DNA of 28,275 nucleotides. Origin: Chlamydiia bacterium. Lineage in GTDB: Bacteria > Chlamydiota > Chlamydiia > Chlamydiales > Rhabdochlamydiaceae. The stretch lies in contig CAWDOQ010000001.1 in NCBI GenBank assembly GCA_963804085.1, positions 1-28,275 on the forward strand, written 5' to 3'. Each line of letters starts with the position of its first letter. Positions within the stretch are counted from its first letter, which is position 1. A program made the position numbers and the translations under genes. Below the pieces are notes generated by a model. The model was not told the DNA's origin, did not search any database, and saw only the letters and a list, made by a program, of their open reading frames with translations. Of the stretch, positions 18,320-28,029 are shown piece by piece.

Positions 18320-19087
18320 ATGTTGAAAAAAATCCCTTTTCTTATCCTAGCAGTCTTTTTGTGCTCTTTTACTGATCCGATCGATTTAAGCCAAAACGAT
18401 AGAGGGCTCTATAGTTTACATGGAGAAGATGGTATTCTTCAGAAAATTTTTACTCTGATCAAACCTATTTCTTGCTGCTGTGTGGAACTCGGGGTAAATC
18501 CAGGAATGCGCGGAAACATCTCTCCCCTCCTCGCAAAACAAAAATGGGATTGCATCTTGCTGGACAGGATACAAGGGGTTCCGGATTGCAATATCTATAA
18601 AGAATTCATCACAAGCGAGAACATCAACACTCTGCTTGCCAAATACGCAACGCCATCAGATTTAGACATCTTGTGCATCAACGTCGATTATAACAACTTT
18701 CATTTCTGGAAGGCGATTGATTCGCACTATCGTCCTCAGGTTGTGGTTATCGAATATAACGCTACCCACCTCCCATCTGTTGATAAGGTCGTAAAATACC
18801 GCCCCTATTTTTGCGGAGATGGCAGCAACTATTATGGCGCGAGCATTCTTTCTCTCTACCACTTGGGGAGAGCGAAGGGTTACTCTCTCATCTACGTTGA
18901 GAAGACGGGCTCCACCCTCTTTTTTCTTCGCGATGATCTTATTAAAGAGTACAACCTCGTGTTTAAAGATATGAATGACGTGGAGAAAATCTACCGCTAC
19001 CCCGCATATGGGAATGGACCCAATGGAGGAGCGCGTCAAGATAGACACAACCGCGAATATATAACATCTATGGATCTACTAAATTAA
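18320..19087 (+). CDS. FkbM/Methyltransf_21-related conserved protein with signal peptide
   Basis: YSLHGEDGIL, CVELG, EFITSENIN, DILCINVDYNN..W, RPQVVVIEYN, YYGAS...GY.LIY. Confidence 0.65.
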   Translation: MLKKIPFLILAVFLCSFTDPIDLSQNDRGLYSLHGEDGILQKIFTLIKPISCCCVELGVNPGMRGNISPLLAKQKWDCILLDRIQGVPDCNIYKEFITSENINTLLAKYATPSDLDILCINVDYNNFHFWKAIDSHYRPQVVVIEYNATHLPSVDKVVKYRPYFCGDGSNYYGASILSLYHLGRAKGYSLIYVEKTGSTLFFLRDDLIKEYNLVFKDMNDVEKIYRYPAYGNGPNGGARQDRHNREYITSMDLLN

Positions 19088-19091
19088 AGAT

Positions 19092-20033
19092 ATGCGTATT
19101 GGACAATTTTTCTCTTTTATGGTGATGGTTCTTGCGGCCTCTTTTGTGTCCGCAGATCTTGAAGAGCATTTGAAAAAAGTCGGGGATAAATCGGGTATGC
19201 ACACGATGCGGAATATCGACTTTATCTACATCATCAACCTCGATCAAAGACCTGAAAAACTTAAAAGTTCCCTAGATCAACTAGCGCCTTTCGGGATCTA
19301 TCCTTGTCGATTTTCTGCTGTCAATGGGTGGGAGCTCAGTTTAGAAGCGGTAAACGATATAGGGCTTAAGTTCTCTCAGGAAATGGAGGGGGGATTCATG
19401 GGGACCTGTTACCACGTAGGCGGCGAGGGCGAACCAAGCCATGAAACGATCTGCATTTATGGCCAAACCTATTTTTGCCACTGTCTTGCGCGTGGCGCGA
19501 TCGGTTGTACTTTAAGCCATCTCTCTGTTCTACAAGATGCTTATGACTCGGGGTATGAAACGGTCTGGATCATGGAGGATGATATCGATGTGATAAGCGA
19601 TCCTAGAATTTTATCTGATCTCATAGACAAACTCGATACTTTGGTCGGCAAAAATAATTGGGATGTATTGTTCACAGACCGCGACATCAGAGATGCAAAC
19701 GGAAATCCTAAAGCCTGCTATTGGGCAGCCAAGCGCCCCGATTTTGTCGCTTTTTCGTACAAGAACAATTATGCTGCAAGAGCAGATGTCAGCCCGGATT
19801 TTTGTAAAATTGGTGCGCGTTGGGGCTCTCATTCGATGATCCTGCGAAGAAGCGGCATCCAAAAACTTTTGCAGTTTTTTAAAGCACACGATATTTTTTT
19901 CCCTTACGACATGGATTACATCTTTCCGCCTGGCATCAAGCTTTATGCCGTAAGAAACGATGTTGTTTCCAATTCACCTAAAGCTCCTTCTGACAATGGT
20001 GGTCCCAACTATCTCAACAAACAATCACAGTAA
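19092..20033 (+). CDS. Glycosyltransferase family 25 protein with signal peptide
   Basis: IYIINLDQRPEK, RFSAVNG, GAIGCTLSH, WIMEDD, PYD. Confidence 0.88.
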   Translation: MRIGQFFSFMVMVLAASFVSADLEEHLKKVGDKSGMHTMRNIDFIYIINLDQRPEKLKSSLDQLAPFGIYPCRFSAVNGWELSLEAVNDIGLKFSQEMEGGFMGTCYHVGGEGEPSHETICIYGQTYFCHCLARGAIGCTLSHLSVLQDAYDSGYETVWIMEDDIDVISDPRILSDLIDKLDTLVGKNNWDVLFTDRDIRDANGNPKACYWAAKRPDFVAFSYKNNYAARADVSPDFCKIGARWGSHSMILRRSGIQKLLQFFKAHDIFFPYDMDYIFPPGIKLYAVRNDVVSNSPKAPSDNGGPNYLNKQSQ

Positions 20034-22253
20034 ATGCTACATATGATCAAACCATCGATTCTGGCTCTTCTTTGCTCTCTAGCTTGCGCTGCCTGTTTTG
20101 CAGAACCTATCAAAGTTCCCACCGAAACCTTTTTCAAAAACTGGCCCAATGTACGCTCTCATCCCGGACATTATCCCTTCATCAGCCATCTCACTTTTCG
20201 CAACATCTGTGATCATATCATCGATCAATCGACAGATTATTTTGATCCGGACGTTGTGCTGCAAGGTGATACCATCTACATAAATATCTGGTGTTTGGAA
20301 TGGTTTGTAAAAAATATCCACGATCAGATCAAACACCCTTACATTTTGGTCACATGCGATGTGGGTGGATGGCTGCCACACCCTAACATCAAAAAGCTCT
20401 TGTATGACCCAAAACTTGCGGCGTGGTTTTGTAGGAACATTGTCTTTAGCCATCATCCTAAACTCTTCCAACTTCCGATGGGCCAAGATCTAGCTCTTTT
20501 TCTCCTTGACCCTGCTACTGTAAACGATCTTTTAAACGCTGTGGCAAAAAAGCCCTTTTTCAAAGAGCATCTCCTGTACATGAACCACTACCCTCGGCCT
20601 CATGGAGATCGCCAGAAAGTAGTCAATTTGTTGGAACATGCACCCTTCTGCTTTAGCAGAAATAGCTCTTCGAGCACCTGGCAAGGTTCCGATCGGCCCC
20701 AATTTTACAGTGACCTTGCCGCATCCAAGTTTGTCCTCTCCCCTTTAGGACTTGAGACCGACTGCGTGCGTACCTGGGAAGCGCTTGTATTAGACTGCAT
20801 TCCGATTGTAGAACACACCTTTTTAGATCCGATTTACGAAGGGATGCCCGTCGTCAAGGTCCACACATGGGAAGAAGTTGCACTCGCTTTTTTAGAGAAA
20901 AAATATGCCGAACTAAAGGATGTGAAATCGGAGAAGATCTACTTTGACTACTGGAATCGATTGATTAAAGAGACGCAAGCCAAAGTAAAAAGAGATGCCT
21001 TTGCCTTATCGCAATTGGAAGCCACTCTCTTTAAACCGCAAGAACTGGACAATCTGTATGCGATTTTAAATCAAGAAGGGGTAGACAGCTCCTCTTTGAT
21101 CTACAAGGGATTTCTCGCTACCTTGCGTCCTTTTCAAGTAGCGAACTCTTTCTTTTCTCTTTCCAACCTATATCTCTTTGATCCTTGGATGGATCGCGAG
21201 ATCTTCTATGGGATAGATCAATATCTTGCTGATAAATCGTTGATGGCAAGCAGAGGAAAAATCTCTCTTCTTCGATCCGAAGATCAGTTCAATAGCAGTC
21301 TTCTTTTGCAGGGAAAAAAGCCCTATCCTGTCTTCCTGGATTTAACCTATTACAGGACCTCTCTTGCAATCAATTTTCGAAACAGTGTGATCGAGGATGG
21401 CAATTTTCGTCATAGCCTAAAACGGGATCTTGTCGATCTTTACAAAAAAGTTAACCCCAACTCTTTAATCTGTGGCAATTGCTATGCAGACGAGTATGTG
21501 CGCGAAGTGCTGGAGATGTTTTCAAAAGAAAACAAGATCAAAGTTAACGAGAGGGAGGGGTTCTGGTTTTTTAGAACACCCGATGTGGACCGCACCCCCC
21601 ACTTTTCTAAAATTTTCCAGAACTTGACCGTAAGGACCTTTTTAGCAATTGGAGCGCATGACAGCACACGCTTTCTCCTCGACTCGTGTAACAAGGTCGT
21701 CACGGTCGAATTTGTGACTCCTGGCTATGGTCCGGATGCGATCAAAAAAGAGCTTTCGCGTTTCAACGAATATTCCAACTGGGTACCCATTGTTTTCTTT
21801 AGCGACTATGCAGGGGACCGGAGCTGGGCACCTTACAAATATATCGGATCCGAACACGTTTTTAAAGCATGCGCACATCAATGCGCGACCCATCAAAACT
21901 ATGCGCTTATCAATAATTTTTACTTAACCGAATTGAACTCCTTTTTCACAACGCTGGTCAAATGCCATAAGATCGATGTGGCATTCATAGGCCCGCCTGG
22001 GATGTATCTACGAGGAGATATGGTCCAACTGCTCTTTAATAATGTGCCCATCATTGTGGCAGGAGACATTGGCAGCCGTAAAACAAGGGATAGTCAAGTT
22101 GATGTTTATGGATATTCGAGGATCGTGCCTCCCGAAAATTATGAAGAGCTCTTTCTCCCACGGCAGTCGGCGGTTATTTGGGTCGTCAAAAATGAAAAAT
22201 ACCAAAAAGTTTTAGAAGCACTTAAAAAGTTAGCAGATGAAGAAAATCACTAG
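20034..22253 (+). CDS. Multidomain exported protein: exostosin/GT47-like domain + degenerate methyltransferase-like domain + paralog of 15152-15989
   Basis: SKFVLSPLGLETDCVRTWEALVLDCIPIV is exostosin-like. The middle region has LFDPW, VFLD and LICGN. The C-terminal domain is clearly similar to the 15152 protein (WAPYKYIGSEHV, QCATH.NYALI, YLRGD.VQLLF, DVYGYSRIV). Confidence 0.72.
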   Translation: MLHMIKPSILALLCSLACAACFAEPIKVPTETFFKNWPNVRSHPGHYPFISHLTFRNICDHIIDQSTDYFDPDVVLQGDTIYINIWCLEWFVKNIHDQIKHPYILVTCDVGGWLPHPNIKKLLYDPKLAAWFCRNIVFSHHPKLFQLPMGQDLALFLLDPATVNDLLNAVAKKPFFKEHLLYMNHYPRPHGDRQKVVNLLEHAPFCFSRNSSSSTWQGSDRPQFYSDLAASKFVLSPLGLETDCVRTWEALVLDCIPIVEHTFLDPIYEGMPVVKVHTWEEVALAFLEKKYAELKDVKSEKIYFDYWNRLIKETQAKVKRDAFALSQLEATLFKPQELDNLYAILNQEGVDSSSLIYKGFLATLRPFQVANSFFSLSNLYLFDPWMDREIFYGIDQYLADKSLMASRGKISLLRSEDQFNSSLLLQGKKPYPVFLDLTYYRTSLAINFRNSVIEDGNFRHSLKRDLVDLYKKVNPNSLICGNCYADEYVREVLEMFSKENKIKVNEREGFWFFRTPDVDRTPHFSKIFQNLTVRTFLAIGAHDSTRFLLDSCNKVVTVEFVTPGYGPDAIKKELSRFNEYSNWVPIVFFSDYAGDRSWAPYKYIGSEHVFKACAHQCATHQNYALINNFYLTELNSFFTTLVKCHKIDVAFIGPPGMYLRGDMVQLLFNNVPIIVAGDIGSRKTRDSQVDVYGYSRIVPPENYEELFLPRQSAVIWVVKNEKYQKVLEALKKLADEENH

Positions 22254-24390
22254 AATTGTTTGCAGCTATTTTCTGTTTTGCGTTCTACTGCTTCCTGCTT
22301 TTTTACAAAGCAATCAAGCGGGCCCCAAACTCTGCCTGACGATGGTAGTGCAAAACGATGCGCAAGTGATCCAAATGTGTTTAAACAACGTAAAGGATCT
22401 GGTCGATTGCATCTCTATATGTGATGTGGGATCTACTGATGCTACGATAAAAATCATCGAGCAGTTTTTCGAAGACACGGGCATTCCGGGCAAGATTTAC
22501 AAGCACCCTTGGCGCAACTTTGGTTACAACCAGACCTTGTCGGTGCAGGCAGCGCAAAAAACTCTTCAAGAGCTAGGCTTTTCTTTGAATAACAGTTATC
22601 TTTTCGTTCTGGATGCAGATATGTGCGTCCACATGGGATCGGAATTCCGCAAAGAGAGTTTGAATAAAGATGCCTACTTGCTATTAGAAAAAGCTCCCAG
22701 TTTCTCCTACTTTCATTACAGCCTGCATCTTCTTCGCGCCTCTCTTCCTTGGGAAAGTATCGGCCTTACCCACGCACTCTGGTCTGCAAAAGGCGCAGGT
22801 GAGTCCGCGAAACTACATACGTTAACTTTAGAAGAACAAGAAGATAGCAGAAGGCAGAGAGAGAAATTACTGCGAAACGTCCAGCTACTGAGCGATGGCC
22901 TCCGAGAACAGCCGGGCAATGCACGCCACATGTTTTTTTTGGCCCAATCTTATAAGTGGCTAAAACGGCTCGATGACGCGATCTTTTGGTACAAATCTCG
23001 TATAGCCCAAGGAGGAGATCAAGAGGAGACCTGGTTTTCTAAATGCATGCTAGGAGAGTGTTTTGAAGAGAAGGAGGAGTGGAACGAAGCGCTTTACTGG
23101 TACCTGGAAGCTTACCAACAAAATCCTAACCGCACCGCATCGCTCAGAAAAATTGCTACTCACTACCGAGTGCAAGGGCAAAATGATTTAGCCTACATCT
23201 TTGCCAAACATGGCTCGCGCATCCCCTTTTCTGATGATCAGATTCTATTTAGCTCCTCTCCTTTTTACCACTACCAGTTTAACGAAGAGCTCTCAATCGC
23301 AGCCTACTACACCCGTTTTAAAGAGGAGGGATTTTTAGCCGCAGACGATCTGCTTCTTAAAAAAAATGTGCCTTGGCACACTAAAGATCAGGCTTGGAAA
23401 AACATTCTCTTCTACGTGCAAAATTTGCCGGGCGCCCGTTTTATTCCAATCGACGTCGACCTTCCCCTGATCGAAGAGGATAGTGAAGAGAGATACCATC
23501 CTATGAACCCCTCCATTCAAAAAACAGAGGCTGGGTATCAGGTGATTTGTAGAGCTGTGAACTACACACAAACAGGAGCAAAGATATTCAACACAATCGA
23601 TAAGAGCGGCATTTTTAAGACCCGAAATTTTTTCATAGACTATGACCGAGACTTTAAGAAGCTATCTCAACAAGAGATTATCGAAAATTTACCTCGTGAA
23701 CACGTGGATTGCTGGATAGCAGCCAATATACAAGGGCTGGATGATTGCCGCATCTTCACCTTCCAAAACTCCTGTTGGTTTACTTGCACAACCAGCGACA
23801 CCAATCCCACAGGCAATTTCCAGATCTCTCTTTGTAAACTCGCGGAAAAAAAATTAAAAGGGACACTCTTTATAAAGAGCCTCACTCCTCTACAAGGTCC
23901 TGATCCCTATCGATGCGAAAAAAATTGGCTTCCCTTTTTAAATGAGGGAGAGCTACAGATCATCTACTCCTACGATCCCATCGTTATCTACAAACCTGAC
24001 ATTGAAACAGGAGAGTGCAAAGAGACTCTTCGCTACTCAGCTAGTCACGATTTTTCCCGCTTTCGCGGCTCTGCTGCGCCTATCGCTTTTAATGAGGGAT
24101 ACCTGATGCTCGTGCACGAGGTTGTGCAAATGGCCAATTACGAAAGACGCTATCTCCACAGATTCCTATACCTCGACAAAAACTTTATTATCAGCCAAGT
24201 TTCAAAGCCCTTTACGTTTCGCCATATCGGCATCGAGTTTTGCTTGGGTATGACCCTCGATCATGCGGGAAAGGAGCTCATCTTGACTGTTGGAATAGAG
24301 GATCGCGAAGCGTGGCTCTGTTTTGTGGGTCTGGGCACGGTCCAGTCTCTTCTTCGCCCCTTGCCTATCGAACCCATCTTTCAAAACTAA
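22237..24390 (+). CDS. GT2 glycosyltransferase domain + TPR repeats + C-terminal beta-propeller (GH130/GT91-like), with signal peptide
   Basis: LCLTMVVQND, DVGSTD, WRNFG, LDAD; TPR-like FFLAQSY...AIFWY and ALYWYLEAY; propeller NPSI, DDCR, EKNWLPF, RGSA, YLHRF, IEF. Confidence 0.8.
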   Translation: MKKITRIVCSYFLFCVLLLPAFLQSNQAGPKLCLTMVVQNDAQVIQMCLNNVKDLVDCISICDVGSTDATIKIIEQFFEDTGIPGKIYKHPWRNFGYNQTLSVQAAQKTLQELGFSLNNSYLFVLDADMCVHMGSEFRKESLNKDAYLLLEKAPSFSYFHYSLHLLRASLPWESIGLTHALWSAKGAGESAKLHTLTLEEQEDSRRQREKLLRNVQLLSDGLREQPGNARHMFFLAQSYKWLKRLDDAIFWYKSRIAQGGDQEETWFSKCMLGECFEEKEEWNEALYWYLEAYQQNPNRTASLRKIATHYRVQGQNDLAYIFAKHGSRIPFSDDQILFSSSPFYHYQFNEELSIAAYYTRFKEEGFLAADDLLLKKNVPWHTKDQAWKNILFYVQNLPGARFIPIDVDLPLIEEDSEERYHPMNPSIQKTEAGYQVICRAVNYTQTGAKIFNTIDKSGIFKTRNFFIDYDRDFKKLSQQEIIENLPREHVDCWIAANIQGLDDCRIFTFQNSCWFTCTTSDTNPTGNFQISLCKLAEKKLKGTLFIKSLTPLQGPDPYRCEKNWLPFLNEGELQIIYSYDPIVIYKPDIETGECKETLRYSASHDFSRFRGSAAPIAFNEGYLMLVHEVVQMANYERRYLHRFLYLDKNFIISQVSKPFTFRHIGIEFCLGMTLDHAGKELILTVGIEDREAWLCFVGLGTVQSLLRPLPIEPIFQN

Positions 24391-24395
24391 AACCC

Positions 24396-25397
24396 ATGCA
24401 ACGTCTCTTTCTAACTTATCTGATCCTTCTTCTCTCCTTCACCTCCCTTTATGGTACAGAGGAGATGGTCATTTCCACCCAGAAGATCGTTTTGGAAAAT
24501 TTTCCAGATGCTCACAACCCCTCGCTCATTAAATTCAAAGATGGCTTTCTTCTCACCTTTAGATATTGCCCAGAGAGGCGTAACCAGCCTTGGAACTCAG
24601 AGATTGGAGTTGTTCTACTCAATGATGCCCTGCAACAGATTTCTCTCCCGGAGCTACTCAATACACGGCTGAAATTCAGCAAAACACCCTCTCAAGCAGA
24701 AGATGCGCGCATTTTTTCCTACAAAAGCAGACTATTTCTCATCTACAACGACAACATCGATATAATCGCTCCTCCTATATGGGAGAGGCGCGATATGTTT
24801 ATGGCAGAGCTTTTTTATGATGGCAGCCACTTCTCTCTATCCCCTGCTCTAAAACTGGTCTATGAAGAAAAATACCAGATGCAGGCGTGGCAGAAAAATT
24901 GGGTGCCTTTTGAGTGGAAGGGTAAGCTCTTCATGATCTATTCGATCAATCCTCACGAGATTCTCTTTCCTAATTTAATGACCGGCTCTTGTTACCACTG
25001 CTATGACACATGGGCACCATTGGAGTGGAACTTTGGCGCGCTCCGCGGCAGCACGCCGCCTCTTCTGATCGAGGGAGAGTACTTGGCCTTCTTCCACTCA
25101 AGTGCCGTCGTAGCCTCCCCCGCTTCCTGGGATATGAATTTATGGCACTACTTCATGGGCGCCTACACCTTCTCGGCGACCCCTCCTTTTCAAATCACCA
25201 AAATTTCTCCCAAGCCTATTGTTGCAGAAGGGTTTTACACCCCATCGGGCTACGAAAAAAGAGTCGTTTTTCCAGGCGGATTTGTCATCTCAGACTCCAT
25301 CATCTACGTAGCTTATGGAAAAGATGATTCTGAGATCTGGATCGCCTCTCTCGATAAAGAGGCACTTATGCGCTCGCTTATTCCTATCAAAAAATGA
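24396..25397 (+). CDS. Five-bladed beta-propeller carbohydrate-active protein (GH130/GT91-like) with signal peptide
   Basis: Start at MQRLFLTYLILLLSFTSLYG (24396); HNPSL, AEDARI, QKNWVPF, LRGSTP, FFHS, YFMGAY, VVFPGG, YGKDD. Confidence 0.78.
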   Translation: MQRLFLTYLILLLSFTSLYGTEEMVISTQKIVLENFPDAHNPSLIKFKDGFLLTFRYCPERRNQPWNSEIGVVLLNDALQQISLPELLNTRLKFSKTPSQAEDARIFSYKSRLFLIYNDNIDIIAPPIWERRDMFMAELFYDGSHFSLSPALKLVYEEKYQMQAWQKNWVPFEWKGKLFMIYSINPHEILFPNLMTGSCYHCYDTWAPLEWNFGALRGSTPPLLIEGEYLAFFHSSAVVASPASWDMNLWHYFMGAYTFSATPPFQITKISPKPIVAEGFYTPSGYEKRVVFPGGFVISDSIIYVAYGKDDSEIWIASLDKEALMRSLIPIKK

Positions 25398-26827
25398 GTA
25401 CGACAATGCATTTTTTAAGAAGCTTTATCCTTTTTCTCTCTTTCATCTCTTCCTTATGCGCTGGAACCTACAAAATTGAGAGCATTTTTCCGGGTTATGA
25501 TGGGGAAAAGAAGATCTACCTTCTGACTCTTTTTTTGCCTTATAACCCAACTATTGTCTCCTTTACCCCCGACCCCAAAGTAAAGGCAGCATGCCATTTT
25601 TGGTGGCCAAAATGCTGCTTTTATTCAAATGACGAGCACCCTGACAATCCTTGCGATCTTTTATGGATCGCAAGCGACGGAGACGAACTCGATCTTCTTT
25701 ATAAAAATGAAGAGATGGTAAGACAAGCGAGCGCCATTTTTATAACCACGGACTTAACGAATCGGGGCATTCATTTCCAAAATTTAAAGTCCCTCCTGGC
25801 GATGTCCGGTTTTACCCTTTTGGGCCATTGGTATTGGGAAGATGAGCGTGGAGAGGCGATGTTTGTCAAAACCGATCTTCTAAATGCCGCCATGAGAACT
25901 CTCAATTACCCCCGTTCGAACTTCTCTGTAGCATTCCAACCCTTCGGAAACAAAATTGAACAGCACCTGCGTAAAGCCACAAATAAATCTTTAGAGCATA
26001 AGATCGATGGCATCGATTTTATCTACATGATCAACTTAGATGAGAGACCCGAAAAATTTGCTCTTGCAACTACTGAGCTTGCCTTTTACGGCATTTATCC
26101 CTATCGGTTTTCTGCAGTCAATGGATGGAAATTATCAACGGCTGCTATCAATGAAGTGGGCGTAAAATTCTCATCTGATTTCGGACAAGAAAAATTCCTC
26201 GGATCGATTTACAGAGAAATTAACGGCCAAGAGCACCTTGGGCATGAAATCCTCAGAGCGAATGGCGAGACATTCTTTACGCTCGGAATGTCTCATGGTG
26301 CCATCGGAATTGTCTTAAGCCATCTCTCTATTTTACAAGATGCTTACGACTCTGGGTTCCAAACAATCTGGGTCATGGAAGATGATGTAGAGGTTGTAGA
26401 TAACCCGGGGCAAATTCCCGAATCCATTCAAAAATTGGACGCGCTTGTCCCCGACTGGGACATTTTATTTACCGATACCGACACCAAAGACCGAGCCGGG
26501 CATCATGTTGCCTGTAGAGCCGTTGCTGCAAGACCCAATTTTCCTATTCCGCCTCTATCTGCTTATCTACAGCATTTTTATCCTGTGAGTAGCGACCTTT
26601 CTCGCATCGGTATGCGCTATGGCGCTTACTCCATGATTGTTAGACGTTCCGGGATGAAGAAGATTTTGCAACATTTCAAGACATATGGCATTTTCATTCC
26701 ATACGACATGGATCTTTGGCTGAATCCGGAGTTAAAAATGTACTGTGTGAGGAAAGATATCGTTTCACATCGCGCAGGAGCCCCTACCGATAATAGCGAA
26801 CCCCATTACCTAAAAAAGGGACCATGA
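25394..26827 (+). CDS. Degenerate FkbM-like domain fused to a GT25 glycosyltransferase, with signal peptide
   Basis: The N-terminal part resembles the 14099 protein (LFLP.N, LKS.L..SGF.LL.HWY....G.A.FVK). The C-terminal part has IYMINLDERPEK, RFSAVNG, GAIGIVLSH and WVMEDD. Confidence 0.83.
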   Translation: MSTTMHFLRSFILFLSFISSLCAGTYKIESIFPGYDGEKKIYLLTLFLPYNPTIVSFTPDPKVKAACHFWWPKCCFYSNDEHPDNPCDLLWIASDGDELDLLYKNEEMVRQASAIFITTDLTNRGIHFQNLKSLLAMSGFTLLGHWYWEDERGEAMFVKTDLLNAAMRTLNYPRSNFSVAFQPFGNKIEQHLRKATNKSLEHKIDGIDFIYMINLDERPEKFALATTELAFYGIYPYRFSAVNGWKLSTAAINEVGVKFSSDFGQEKFLGSIYREINGQEHLGHEILRANGETFFTLGMSHGAIGIVLSHLSILQDAYDSGFQTIWVMEDDVEVVDNPGQIPESIQKLDALVPDWDILFTDTDTKDRAGHHVACRAVAARPNFPIPPLSAYLQHFYPVSSDLSRIGMRYGAYSMIVRRSGMKKILQHFKTYGIFIPYDMDLWLNPELKMYCVRKDIVSHRAGAPTDNSEPHYLKKGP

Positions 26828-27768
26828 ACCTAATCCTCTGTTTTTTGTTATTTATCTCCTCTTCTCTCTATGCCTATGAAGATGCCGAGCTTTCGAAGTT
26901 ATGGGCATCGATTGCAGACGTCACTCATCCCACACTAGAAGATTACAAAAATATCGAAAACTATCTTCAGAAGAGCGAAAGACCATATCTTGAACCCTTA
27001 GCAAGTCTCGACAGATTAGTACGCATACGCAATTTTCAACTGATTGGTGCAGCGGGCGAGATGCCTATTTTCGAAACGCACTACTTGAACTGTGATGAAA
27101 AGTCCAAAAACCGTTGCGTCCTATTATTCGCCTCATCCAATGGCATTTATCCGGATAAGGCACGGAGAGCTCTTGCAGATCTACGTAATTGTGGCTACAA
27201 GGGCCATGTGCTTTTGCGCATCGGAGGATTTCCCAATTTGCCGAATGGCGGACTTAAAATTTGCCACGTACCATACGCTTTTAAGGTCGCCTTTTTAAAA
27301 GAGGCCCAGCTCCTCGGCTACAAAGAAGTGCTATGGATCGATACAGCCATGCACCCTCTAACAAATTTAGAAAAGATTTTCGCGATCATCAAAGAGAAAG
27401 GCCATTTTTTCACATACGTGGGATCCTTGTCTGATAATAGAACTACTCACCTTCCAGATGCTGCCGCTACTCTTCAGATCACACCCGCACTCTATGATCA
27501 GATTCCTCACGTCTCTTCGAGTCTGATGGGTTTTAACATGGAAAACCCCCTCTCTCTTCAATTGATCGACGAGTGGCTAATGGCTGCAGAAAATGTCTAT
27601 CCCTTTATGACCTGTTGGCCAGAAGAACTAAGCTTCTCCATCATCGCCTGGCGCCTTGAGCTCAAACCCTTTACCTGGTTTGGCAACTGCGTATGCGGTG
27701 CACACGAGCTGGAGATGCCCATCGTCCAAAAGCGCCCGCTCCAATTCTACATCGACGCCATTAGATAA
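26824..27768 (+). CDS. Putative GT-A-fold (DUF1647/GT34-like) protein with signal peptide
   Basis: Signal MNLILCFLLFISSSLYA. PYAFKVAFLKEA...VLWIDT resembles the Y.xK...W.Dx pattern of nucleotide-sugar transferases. Confidence 0.55.
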   Translation: MNLILCFLLFISSSLYAYEDAELSKLWASIADVTHPTLEDYKNIENYLQKSERPYLEPLASLDRLVRIRNFQLIGAAGEMPIFETHYLNCDEKSKNRCVLLFASSNGIYPDKARRALADLRNCGYKGHVLLRIGGFPNLPNGGLKICHVPYAFKVAFLKEAQLLGYKEVLWIDTAMHPLTNLEKIFAIIKEKGHFFTYVGSLSDNRTTHLPDAAATLQITPALYDQIPHVSSSLMGFNMENPLSLQLIDEWLMAAENVYPFMTCWPEELSFSIIAWRLELKPFTWFGNCVCGAHELEMPIVQKRPLQFYIDAIR

Positions 27769-28029
27769 GAATTCATCGCAAAGATGCAGAGGCGCAAAAT
27801 GTGTTTTATACTAAAAATTTGGCGATCGACTCACCGATTCCTGAACTGCTACCTGTCACAAGAGCTTTTTCTCAGCGACAACCACGAGTGAGAATGAAGA
27901 AAATTGCATTCTAAACACGCTTAAGATTAGTTCGTCGCTTGCCGCGTTCTTGCGCCGTTTGCTATTTTTATGACCGGACTCTAAGATAAAAGAGCTTTCT
28001 AAAATTTTTTAGAGGCATAGGAGACCCTT

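Noticed and set aside
625-27561. Numerous short antisense or alternate-frame ORFs in the track
   Set aside because: They are shadows of well-supported genes with no motifs, except those used above to rebuild frameshifted genes.
27769-28029. Possible ncRNA, tmRNA piece or IS remnant in the intergenic gap
   Set aside because: No recognisable structure, tag peptide, terminal repeats or transposase motif.
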